DNA of 64,000 nt from Thermofilaceae archaeon. GTDB taxonomy: Archaea; Thermoproteota; Thermoprotei; Thermofilales; Thermofilaceae. Positions 20,713 to 29,420 of the stretch are shown here, piece after piece. Location of the stretch: positions 1 to 64,000 of the forward strand of contig JAVYWK010000005.1 in assembly GCA_038727095.1 (NCBI GenBank), given 5' to 3'. Below the pieces are notes generated by a model. The model saw only the letters and a list, made by a program, of their open reading frames with translations, did not search any database and was not told where the DNA came from. Made by a program: the position numbers and the translations under genes. Numbering within the stretch: position 1 is the stretch's first letter; each line of letters starts with the position of its first letter.

Positions 20713-22429
20713 CCCTGCTCAGCGAGACGAGCGTCCTTCCCCGGACCTTCTGTATGAGGAGCGTGTGGGCGTTCTCGGGCAGCTTAGTGAGGGGGCCCGG
20801 TGTGATCACGACGTACTGGACGCCCGGGCTCGCCTCAGCGAGCTCGAAAACTATGTTTAGCACAGCATCCCTGTTGCGCGGGTCCATATGCACGTCGAAC
20901 TCGTCCACGGCTCTGAAGGGGGATTTAACGTGGTTCTGGAGGGCGAGGAAGAAGCAGACGACTGCGGCGGTCCTCTCACCCCCGCTCAGGGAGTAGGGGT
21001 TGAGCGGTGCGGGTGCGGCACCGCCGTAACCGACGAGGATCTCGAGGCCCGCGCTCTCAACGTCCCCGCTCTCCGCCAACCTGACGCTGCCGCTGGCCCC
21101 CAACCTGGCCAGCATTGCGGAGAACAGCTTGTCGACGTCCTCCACAACCGCGGACACCTTCTCCCTCCAGAGGCTGATCCGCTTCTCCAGCTCCTCCTCC
21201 AACCTCCTCTTGTTCTCCTCCAGCTCCACAGCCCTCTTCTCCAGCTCTCGGTACTCTTCGAGGAGCTTCCCGTAGGCCTCCTCAACCTCCGCCGGTATCT
21301 CGCCGATGGCCGCGAGGGAGAGCTCCACCGACCGGATCTCCTCCTGTATCTCCACAACGCTCCTCACCGATTCCACCCTCTCGCCCTCCTCGAGCGCCTT
21401 CTCCTCGAGCGCCCTAACCTTCTCCGCAGCCCTGCGGCGGCGGGCCTCCAACTCCTCCCGCTCAGCGATCAGAAGCCTACGCTCGAAGGCTTTCACGCGG
21501 GCCGACGCGACCACTTCGACCAGCCCCTCCCAGACGCTGCGCAGCATCGCCAGACCCTCGGCAAGGCCCAGTGCGCCGCTGGTGATCTGCCGCTCAATTG
21601 AGCCCAGCTCAGCCCTCAGCTCCCCCTCCCTCGAGCCTAGCACCCCCAGCGCCTCCTCCACCCCCTTCAGCTCCAGCGTAACCCTGCTGAGCTCCTCCTC
21701 AACCGCCCTCAGGTCGGCCTCCGCGTCCCGCACTCTGGCCCAGGCGAGCTCCCTACGCAGCAGCTTGAGGCTCTCCTCGAGCGCCCTCCTCCTCCTGTAC
21801 CTCTCGTAAACCTCGCTCCAGTACTTGAGAGCCTCCCGGGCTCTAGCGAGCGCGCTTTTAGCCTCCTCCGCGCTCTTCGCGCCTTCAGCTAGCATCCTCT
21901 TCGCCGCCAGTACCCTCTCCCTGTACCCCGCCAGGCCCACGGCTTCCTCGAGCAGCCTGAGCCTCTCCTGGGGCGAGAGGAAGGCGAACTCCTCCACCAC
22001 GCCCTGGTGCATGATGATCAGCGCGTTGTCGGGGTCTAGGCCCAGCCTCGATAGGTACCTCTTGACCTCAGCCTTCGTGACAACCCTCCCGTTCACTTCG
22101 TGCCAGTACTGGCCGTCGATCCTCAGGTACCGCGTGAAGAACACCTCGTCGCTCCGGAACCAGGGGAGGGGGCGGCGCCCATCCACGGGGCGATTGTCGA
22201 TGACAACCGTCACTCGGGCTGCCTCCTCGCCGCGCCTAATCAGGTCGCTCAACCTGCGCCCCCTCTCCGTGTACGTCTGACCGAGCGCAACGCTGATGCC
22301 GAGGAGGAGGCTGCTCTTACCCGAACCGTTGGGCCCCGTGACTATGTTGATGCCCGGCGCTAGGGGGACCCTAGCGTACTTGTAGCTCATGAAGTTCTCC
22401 AGCACAACTTCCTTGATTAGCGCGGGCAC
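20693..22429 (-). CDS. Short SMC-family ATPase, SMC5/6-like heads, no evident hinge
   Basis: LENFMSY, Walker A GPNGSGKS, Q-loop MHQG, signature LSGGER, Walker B/D-loop PFRAVDEFDVHMD, QYVVITP; coiled coil between the heads. Confidence 0.9.
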   Translation of the reverse strand: MPALIKEVVLENFMSYKYARVPLAPGINIVTGPNGSGKSSLLLGISVALGQTYTERGRRLSDLIRRGEEAARVTVVIDNRPVDGRRPLPWFRSDEVFFTRYLRIDGQYWHEVNGRVVTKAEVKRYLSRLGLDPDNALIIMHQGVVEEFAFLSPQERLRLLEEAVGLAGYRERVLAAKRMLAEGAKSAEEAKSALARAREALKYWSEVYERYRRRRALEESLKLLRRELAWARVRDAEADLRAVEEELSRVTLELKGVEEALGVLGSREGELRAELGSIERQITSGALGLAEGLAMLRSVWEGLVEVVASARVKAFERRLLIAEREELEARRRRAAEKVRALEEKALEEGERVESVRSVVEIQEEIRSVELSLAAIGEIPAEVEEAYGKLLEEYRELEKRAVELEENKRRLEEELEKRISLWREKVSAVVEDVDKLFSAMLARLGASGSVRLAESGDVESAGLEILVGYGGAAPAPLNPYSLSGGERTAAVVCFFLALQNHVKSPFRAVDEFDVHMDPRNRDAVLNIVFELAEASPGVQYVVITPGPLTKLPENAHTLLIQKVRGRTLVSLSRGGGRVS

Positions 22430-22467
22430 CTCGTTGGTTGGGGAACCGCCGGCTATAACGCTATTCC

Positions 22468-23493
22468 CTAGAAGAACGACTCAAGCGTGCTCTGGCGGGC
22501 TCTCGCCCAGGCCTTCTCCAGCCTGGCGATCACGAGCTCGGCTCTATCGTGCGAGAAGCTGTTCTCCTCGACCAGGAACCTGTACAGCTCCTCGCTCTGG
22601 GGCTCGGCGGAGACGATCTCGTAGTCCTCCCTCACGGGAGGGTTGAGGAAGAGCTCAACGATCTCGCGGTAGTTGGCTGGCAGTAGCTCCCTGATCCTCG
22701 AGGGCAGCCGATCGAGGCTCCCGTACAGCTTGATGAGCTTGTACGCCCTCTTCGGCCCAATCCCCTTCACACCCCTGTTGTAGTCGGTCCCCGAGAGCAC
22801 GGCTACCTCGACCAACTGCCTGCGCGTCAGCTGGAGGGAGCCGAGAAGCCTGTCGAGCTCGACCAGCTCGGGCTCCAGCTTCCTCGCCGCCATCTTGCTG
22901 GGAAGCCACTCGAAACCCGTCAGCGTCACGTACCTCACGAGCCGGGGGGCGCCGTACAGCAGCGAGTCCCAATCCTGGCTGGCCACCGCCCAAGCCTCCC
23001 CCCTCGAGACGATGAGCGCGGCCTGAGCCTCAGCGTCGTGGGGAGCGTCGACGATGGGGAAGCCTATGAGCTTGAGCAGCTTCCTGCTGCTCCCGAGGAT
23101 CCACTCATCCACGCTCGCCGACACCACGGCCTTGGAGAAGGCCTTCTCGTACTCGCCCGCTTCGATCAGCCTCCTGTACTCCTCCAGCGCCCTCTCCCTC
23201 AGCTCCCTCCTCCTCGCGATCTCCGCCCGCTTGAGGGGGTGCGGGGGGCCGTCGAAGACGAAAATGAACTTGCAGTTGTGCTCGAAGGCGAGCCTGGAGA
23301 AGCGGGTCGCCAAGCCTACAAGGTGCGAAGTGACTTGGCCCCTGCTGTTCCTCAACGGCTCGCCCCTCGTATCCCTGACCAGTGCGAGGAACTGGTAGAT
23401 AGCGTTCAGCGCGTCGACGGCCAGCACTTTACCCTCCAAGCCCTTCAGCCCGATCCTCTCCGGCTTAGTTAGGGGGGTGAGTTTCGAGCCCAT
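22468..23493 (-). CDS. fen: Flap endonuclease 1
   Basis: VDALNAIYQFL, TSHL, VFDG, DAEAQAA, SQDWD, GTDYN.GVKGIGPK; C-terminal PIP box QSTLESFF. Confidence 0.92.
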   Translation of the reverse strand: MGSKLTPLTKPERIGLKGLEGKVLAVDALNAIYQFLALVRDTRGEPLRNSRGQVTSHLVGLATRFSRLAFEHNCKFIFVFDGPPHPLKRAEIARRRELRERALEEYRRLIEAGEYEKAFSKAVVSASVDEWILGSSRKLLKLIGFPIVDAPHDAEAQAALIVSRGEAWAVASQDWDSLLYGAPRLVRYVTLTGFEWLPSKMAARKLEPELVELDRLLGSLQLTRRQLVEVAVLSGTDYNRGVKGIGPKRAYKLIKLYGSLDRLPSRIRELLPANYREIVELFLNPPVREDYEIVSAEPQSEELYRFLVEENSFSHDRAELVIARLEKAWARARQSTLESFF

Positions 23494-23496
23494 CCT

Positions 23497-24669
23497 TCAG
23501 CCGGCGAATTCCCACTCCTCCAGGTTGGCTGCGATGTCCTGAAGCAGCTCTCTCGAAGCGTCTCTCGGCAGCGCGAGGAAGAGCTTCACCAGGTGCTTGC
23601 AGAACCTCTTCGACTCCAGCGACTTCCTCCAATCCTCGCAGTCGTGGTAGAGCCTCCGACCCACTCGGTCCACCTCGACGCGGTAGCTCTTCACGCGGGC
23701 TGTAACCCCCTCGCTCGTCAGCGTGTACTGGACCTCCGCGTCGACGATTTCGAGAGCCCGCTGGAACCTCCGATCACCGGCTAAAGCCTTCAGGAACTCC
23801 TCGATCCTACCTTCCTCCAGCTCGCGGACCACGCTTTTAGCGACTGGAGGGGCTGAGGAGAAGTACCTGTCCATCCGAGACAGCATCTCCAGCTGCCGGC
23901 TGTCCGCGAGGCCCAGCAGCGCGAGCATCTGGAGGGCGTTGTGGGGGGCGAAGCCCCTGAAGTGGTTGTTGAAGTAGCCGAGGAGCAGCTCAACCTGCTC
24001 CGCCAGTTGCCTCACCTTTTCGGCCCACGGCTTCAGCTCCTCGAGGCTGTAGTGGTAGTAGTACCATGGTCGCTCCCCCCTCCCGTGCCACCTCACGTAC
24101 GCGAACCCGGCGGTCACTTCAGTTATGGGAGGGAGAAGGGGTTCGTCGACGATGACGTAGGCCACCCCGTACCTCCTGAGCAGGTTGAAGACCTCGCTGT
24201 TGATCCAGCTCGGGTCGCGGAACTCCACTGCGAACCTCACGCCCTGGGGGAGTAGGGCGAGGAACTCCTCGAACCAAGGCAGCTCCCACCTCTCCTTCGG
24301 TGGGAGCTGGATGAGCACCGCACCCAGCTTCTTCTGCCTGGCGAGGGGATGGATGGACTTTAGGAAGGCGTTGAGCTCGGCTTCGACGAACTTCGGGTTC
24401 AGCAGCCTCTTGTGCGTGACCCCCCTGTACATCTTCACTGAGAAGTAGAAGCCCGGTGGGGCTGACCTGGCGAGCCCCTCGTAGAACCTCTCGCTCAGCA
24501 GGGTGTAGAACGAGGAGTTGACCTCAACAGTGTCGAACAGCTTCGCGTAGCTGGTGAACATGCCCCTGTCGCTATCGTAGAAGGGGCCGACCCAGTCGTC
24601 GTAGTCCCAGCCCGAAGTACCGATCCGGATCCTCGACCGCGGCAGCCCCAGGAACTCGTCCAGCGACAT
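23497..24669 (-). CDS. DUF72 (YecE-like) protein fused to a C-terminal SWIM-type zinc finger
   Basis: IGTSGWDY.DW.GPFY, VEVNSSFY, LIQLPP, AVEFR, YVRWHG, YFNNH; C-terminal HDCEDW..FCKHL. Confidence 0.85.
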   Translation of the reverse strand: MSLDEFLGLPRSRIRIGTSGWDYDDWVGPFYDSDRGMFTSYAKLFDTVEVNSSFYTLLSERFYEGLARSAPPGFYFSVKMYRGVTHKRLLNPKFVEAELNAFLKSIHPLARQKKLGAVLIQLPPKERWELPWFEEFLALLPQGVRFAVEFRDPSWINSEVFNLLRRYGVAYVIVDEPLLPPITEVTAGFAYVRWHGRGERPWYYYHYSLEELKPWAEKVRQLAEQVELLLGYFNNHFRGFAPHNALQMLALLGLADSRQLEMLSRMDRYFSSAPPVAKSVVRELEEGRIEEFLKALAGDRRFQRALEIVDAEVQYTLTSEGVTARVKSYRVEVDRVGRRLYHDCEDWRKSLESKRFCKHLVKLFLALPRDASRELLQDIAANLEEWEFAG

Positions 24670-24753
24670 CACCGGCAAGACCACGGCCCGCGTAAATATG
24701 CAGCGCGCAATCCTAGTAGTCATCTTTATATTCTAGTTTTCATTCTCAATCTC

Positions 24754-24969
24754 GTGAGGGTTAAGGTCACCAGGAACTACCAAGTCACCATACCGGTGGA
24801 GGTGAGAGAGGCTTTGGGGATTAGGGAGGGGGACTACGTGGAGTTCGAGCTGCAGGATGGCGTAGCCCTGCTGAAGCCTGTGAGGAGGAAGTGGTCGACG
24901 ATCAAGCTCGGTAGTGCGCTGAGCGTCGAGGAGATCGAGGAGATCGCCGATAGAGCGTTCTCGCCCTAG
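24754..24969 (+). CDS. vapB: AbrB/MazE-type antitoxin
   Basis: VKVTRNYQVTIPVEVREALGIREGDYV; upstream of a PIN toxin. Confidence 0.88.
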   Translation: MRVKVTRNYQVTIPVEVREALGIREGDYVEFELQDGVALLKPVRRKWSTIKLGSALSVEEIEEIADRAFSP

Positions 24970-24972
24970 GGC

Positions 24973-25362
24973 ATGCTCGTCCTTGACACCAACGTGCTCG
25001 TCTACGCGAGCGTGGAGGACAGCGAGTTCCACGAGGAGAGCTTGAAGCTGCTCAACGAGAGGGACTCTGTGATACCGCAGATCGTGGTTTACGAGTACAT
25101 CAGGGTTATTGCGGAGCTTACTCGGGACCCCCTGTTTGTCTTAACGAAGATCTGGGAGCTGGCGGAGTACAACGTTCTATGCGAGCCGCTTCACGTCGTT
25201 CAGAGGGGTGTGCAGCTCTGGACGGAGCGCAACGCCCCCATCAGGGAGCTGAACGATTGTGTTATCCTCGCTTTAGCCCTCACGCTCAACGCTGAGCTCG
25301 CAACGTACGACAGGAAGCTTAGGCGGCTCGCTGAAGAGCTGGGAGTGCCAACGCGCCCCTAG
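24973..25362 (+). CDS. vapC: PIN-domain toxin
   Basis: VLDTNVL, E in VVYEY, NDCVI, LATYDRKL acidic tetrad. Confidence 0.88.
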   Translation: MLVLDTNVLVYASVEDSEFHEESLKLLNERDSVIPQIVVYEYIRVIAELTRDPLFVLTKIWELAEYNVLCEPLHVVQRGVQLWTERNAPIRELNDCVILALALTLNAELATYDRKLRRLAEELGVPTRP

Positions 25363-25444
25363 AGCCCCGCGAGTGAACCCCTCGCTGCGGAAAACCGCTC
25401 CACCGCGCCGGCGGGCGCGATACCGTTAATTCCGAGCGGTCGGA

Positions 25445-26458
25445 GTGCCCCCTGTGGCGAAGCTTAGGGTCGGCATCATCGGTTTAGCACACGTCCATGC
25501 TCCCGGTCACATCGAGCAGTTGAAGGCTCGCCCCGACGTGGAGATCGTGGGGGCTTACGATCACGACGAGCAGAGGGGGCTTCAGCTGTCCTCGAGGTAC
25601 GGTATCAAGTTCTACAGCAGGCTTGAGGCCCTGCTCGCGGAGGGGCTGGACCTCGCCGTCATCGATAGCGAGAACAGCATGCACGGGGAGCACGTGAAGG
25701 CTGCCGCTGAGAGGGGTATCCACGTGTTCTGCGAGAAACCCATCGGCTCCGACCTCCGGATGGCCCTGGAGATCCGCAGCATCGTGAGGAGGCACGGCAT
25801 CCTCTTCACGACAGGGTTCAACTCCCGCTTCAACCCCGAGATCCTCAAGCTGAGGGAGCTGGTGCAGAGCGGCGAACTAGGCCGCGTGTGCATGGCTAGG
25901 GTGAGGGTTGCGCACTCAGCGGCAATCGACCGCTGGTTCAGCGGCTGGTCAGCCTGGTTTGCGTCGCGCGAGCTCGCGGGTGGCGGGGGTTTCCTCGACC
26001 TGGGCATCCACGGCGCTGATCTACTCAGGTTCGTGCTCGGGGAGGAGGCTGTCGAAGTGCAGGGCTTCACGGGAAACGCGACGGAAGCCTACAGCATCGA
26101 CGATCAGGGGGTGGGCGTCATCCGGTTCTCCGGGGGCGCGCTGGGGATCCTCGACGCCGGCTGGACCCAGCTAGTCGAGCACATGCCCTGGTCCCCCCTG
26201 GAGGTTTACGGCAGCAGAGGATCGGCGCTGAGGACTTGGATCGGGCTCATGTACTACACCAGGGAGAAGGGGTGGGTCAAGCCGGTTCCACCGCAGCCAC
26301 CCGCGCGCAACGCCCTCGACGACATCATCGAGGCTGTCAAGACCAATAGAAGCCCATTGATCACTGTGGATGATACAGTCAAAGCTCAGGAGATCATAGA
26401 AGCCATATACTTCAGTAGCAGAGAGGGTATGAGCGTAAAACTGCCGCTGACCGGCTAG
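25445..26458 (+). CDS. Gfo/Idh/MocA family oxidoreductase
   Basis: RVGIIG, HVFCEKP, GFNSRF, GGGFLDLGIHGAD. Confidence 0.9.
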   Translation: MPPVAKLRVGIIGLAHVHAPGHIEQLKARPDVEIVGAYDHDEQRGLQLSSRYGIKFYSRLEALLAEGLDLAVIDSENSMHGEHVKAAAERGIHVFCEKPIGSDLRMALEIRSIVRRHGILFTTGFNSRFNPEILKLRELVQSGELGRVCMARVRVAHSAAIDRWFSGWSAWFASRELAGGGGFLDLGIHGADLLRFVLGEEAVEVQGFTGNATEAYSIDDQGVGVIRFSGGALGILDAGWTQLVEHMPWSPLEVYGSRGSALRTWIGLMYYTREKGWVKPVPPQPPARNALDDIIEAVKTNRSPLITVDDTVKAQEIIEAIYFSSREGMSVKLPLTG

Positions 26459-26516
26459 TAGACCGAGCGCAAAAACAAGCTCAAGTTTTTAAGGACCCCT
26501 TTCCTCATCTCCATGG

Positions 26517-26565
26517 ATGATGTGTTTGCCGAGTGATGACCTATGATTAATCATTCATGAGCTGA
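26517..26565 (+). ncRNA. Box C/D guide sRNA with probable 23S rRNA domain IV targets
   Basis: C ATGATGT 26517-23, 12-nt guide GTTTGCCGAGTG, D' ATGA, C' ATGATTA, 12-nt guide ATCATTCATGAG, D CTGA 26562-65; TTTTTAAG TATA at 26486-93. Confidence 0.8.
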
Positions 26566-26708
26566 CACCACACTCGTATTTGGTTATGGTTGTTTTCCTC
26601 TACAAGGTCCCCATACCTTGCAACTGATGAAATAGCGCGTTGCGGCTCGCCGATGCTGCGTTTAGTTCATAGTAGCTAAAGTTACATAATAAAAATTTTT
26701 CCGAATTT

Positions 26709-26982
26709 GTGAGGACTAAAGTTCTAGAAACTACCAAGTTACGATATTATTGGGGATTAAAGAGGCTTTGGGCATTAGGGGAGGGCAAATACTAGAGTTT
26801 GAAGTGCAGAGGGACGACACCCCGCTGAAGCATGTGGAGAAGAAAGAGTCGACGATCAAGCTGGTCCAGTAACTTGACGTTAGAGAAATCAAGAGGTCAC
26901 GGAACAGGTACTCCCTTTAAGCATGTTCGTTCTCGACACTAACGTGTTCATTTACGCTAGCGTGGAGGATAGCGAGTCCCAT
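26709..26982 (+). pseudogene. Decayed copy of the vapBC pair
   Basis: Collinear with 24754-25030 (AACTACCAAGT, GAGGCTTTGGG, GTCGACGATCAAGCT, MFVLDTNVFIYASVEDSE) but with indels, stops and a truncated toxin. Confidence 0.8.
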
Positions 26983-27539
26983 CGGCCTGATGGTCATCTA
27001 TTCTCTTTGCTCTCAAGAGTAACGATTTACATCGATTTCCTCCTTATCCATATGAAGACGTCATATATCGCTGCCTCCTTGTTTTCTAGCTGGTTTACAC
27101 GCTTCAGTCCACCGTGATGAAAAGCAGGAGGTCCTCCACCCTCGCCCGATCTTCAGCCATCATGAGGTTATTCACCGTGAGCTGCTCGCGCGACATGCAC
27201 ACTCAGTTAAATGATTAGCGCTTTCCCCCACTTATAGGCAGCAAGCTGATGATGTGGCCCGCGAACACCATTGGCAACAGAATCATTTCTCTTACTTCAC
27301 CCTCCAGCCTCTTCATGTTCCTGCTCAAGCTCGAGCACTCACCTCTAAGAGCTGCGATTCCGCCTCGCTGACGCCGCAAGAAGGGCTATAAGGGGGAAGA
27401 GTAGGTGCAAGTACTGCCACGACTGCTTCAAGTTCGGGGGCTTAGTCTACAGCACGGAGGTGTAGTTCGCTTGAGGAGGTGGAACGCAGCTCTCTCTTAC
27501 TGCTCCATTAGATCGTCGTGAAGCTAAATACTCATCTAG

Positions 27540-27557
27540 TTTTCCAATATTTTAAGG
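27540..27557. repeat. 18-bp dispersed repeat, copy 1
   Basis: TTTTCCAATATTTTAAGG identical to 45750-45767. Confidence 0.7.
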
Positions 27558-27578
27558 TAAATCGGTGGGCGAGATGAG

Positions 27579-28850
27579 CTACGGGCTGTCGCTGAACTGA
27601 GCCACGACGTAGCACGTGTAGCCTACGCGTACAGGTGGATAAGTACAGGTGACGCCGATCCCAGCGTAGCGCCAGGCGGGGTTGAGCATGTTAGCGTTAT
27701 GCCCGGGGCTCTTGCTCCACTCGTGCACAGCCTGCCTGGCTAGCTCATCAGCGCTCGTCCTGCTCGGGATGGGTATAACGATTGGGAAAACGATGATAAA
27801 GCCCGGCTGCCCCGAAGCCATGAACAAGTTCTCACCCCACATTCTGTCGTCTGGACCTACGGAGTGCGAGAACACCCTGGTGGAAGCTAGATGCTGGCTC
27901 CAGCTTTTAGCCCTCCACGCGAGGTACTCGCTCCAACCTAAGCCAGGAAGACCATGCGATACTCTGTACTCATTTATTGCCGCAAGGATCATGCGGGCTG
28001 CAAGCTCTTCATCCACCGTGTTGAAAACGTGCAGGCCCGCAACGATCAGAACAATCAGGATTGGGGCGATTACCCACTTTTTCAACTTTCGCATCACTCT
28101 GTCTTTGGTAAGCGCAGCTCGGCGCCGCTTCATGGGGGCGCTATAACGCTGCAGCAGCGTCCTCTTGGTACCGGCGGCCGGAGCCTCGGTCTTCACAGTT
28201 ACAGGTCTACGCTTCCTCTCGTTGTACTCCCTCCAGAACCAGCTGGTGTACGCGGTACAAGGGTGGCCACTCTCGCTCAACCAGTGCTCCTTTATAACAG
28301 GAGCTATGTCGCGGTACTGTATAATGTAAGCTTGGTACTGATTAAAGGTCATCGCTAATCTCGGTGCTGCGTGTTTCTCACAATAAAATTCACCGCAGTA
28401 CTTGCACACAGCAAGAACTTTCTCAGAATGATCTCCCTCAATTGTACAACGAGGACATTTTCCACATTGTCCATTGGTAATAGTGCCTTCTTGCCCAACT
28501 TTGAACCTGAAATCTGTGGTCTCCCAAAGTTGCAGAGGCGGGGGGCTACGTCCTGCAAGCTCTTCGTACAGCTCGCACACTAGTTGCCGAACGAAAGGTG
28601 ACAAATCACGATATTCTCTTGCTTGCTCCAGTACTTTCTCAGCAAACTCCCATCTGGTAATATTGTTCCGAGCCAGTTCATCACCAAGTCTTTCGACCTT
28701 CATGTAAAATTGGACATCACCGTAGCTAAGGTAATTGCGTGGTCTGGCGAAGACCTCAACACCGTACTTCTCAAGGAGAAATGAACGATATTTAATCAGA
28801 ATTGGGTTCACTAAACGTGTTAGAATGTAGTGTCCATCCTCCCCTGTCAT
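27579..28850 (-). CDS. Membrane-anchored CAP/SCP domain protein with an AN1-like Zn finger
   Basis: CKYCGEFYCEKH..GHPC, one TM, INEYRVSHGL..FSHS..WGENL..WSKSPGHNANML..AGIG; AT-richer than its flanks. Confidence 0.8.
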   Translation of the reverse strand: MTGEDGHYILTRLVNPILIKYRSFLLEKYGVEVFARPRNYLSYGDVQFYMKVERLGDELARNNITRWEFAEKVLEQAREYRDLSPFVRQLVCELYEELAGRSPPPLQLWETTDFRFKVGQEGTITNGQCGKCPRCTIEGDHSEKVLAVCKYCGEFYCEKHAAPRLAMTFNQYQAYIIQYRDIAPVIKEHWLSESGHPCTAYTSWFWREYNERKRRPVTVKTEAPAAGTKRTLLQRYSAPMKRRRAALTKDRVMRKLKKWVIAPILIVLIVAGLHVFNTVDEELAARMILAAINEYRVSHGLPGLGWSEYLAWRAKSWSQHLASTRVFSHSVGPDDRMWGENLFMASGQPGFIIVFPIVIPIPSRTSADELARQAVHEWSKSPGHNANMLNPAWRYAGIGVTCTYPPVRVGYTCYVVAQFSDSP

Positions 28851-29420
28851 TGTACTTAATTCTTTAAAAATGCTTTAAACTTTTCCTTTTTAAAGTAGAT
28901 GACAATTAGCCCTAGGTTTTCTAGGGAATTGACCTAGTGGTTGCTCTTTAAAATATTGTTAGGGTTGGTAAAGCTTCAGCCCTCATGATCAACTTAAGAA
29001 GAGCTATCCTTCGATTGGCTGAGCTCATCGCTTACGTTACGGCTCCTGCGCTGCGGTTTTGCATGAGTAGTTTCACCGCCTTTCGTAAAAGTCAAACGCA
29101 GTGAATGTGCTGTATGACGTGCGAACTCAATGTTAAAAATCAATATGTTCTTACAGTTTCGTCGACACGTTCGCAGCCCCTATCTAATCACAATGCGTTT
29201 GTGTTTTAAATTTCCCTCCATGCGCAAGCGAGAAAGTTTAACAAGTACGTCATCCTAGCTACAGTCTGATCGCTACATAAGAAGCTGGTTTCATATAACC
29301 AGCGGCTGAGAAAGTTCGTTGAGAAATAGAAGTCGTATACGCGCCCTCAACGGGAATAAAGAGTACTCGAAATCGATAAGAGACTCACCCTCTTGAGCTC
29401 CGTACTGCTGGACCTGTAAG

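Noticed and set aside
20693-22429. Wadjet (JetABCD) or Rad50/Mre11 interpretation of the SMC operon
   Set aside because: No JetD/Toprim nuclease or Mre11 adjacent, no zinc hook, and gene order and sizes differ from jetABC
27245-27300. ATGATGT C-box-like motif
   Set aside because: No D' or D boxes at suitable spacing
28975-29032. Minus-strand GCGATGA...CTGA C/D-like pattern
   Set aside because: The internal boxes and guide lengths do not fit the archaeal C/D layout
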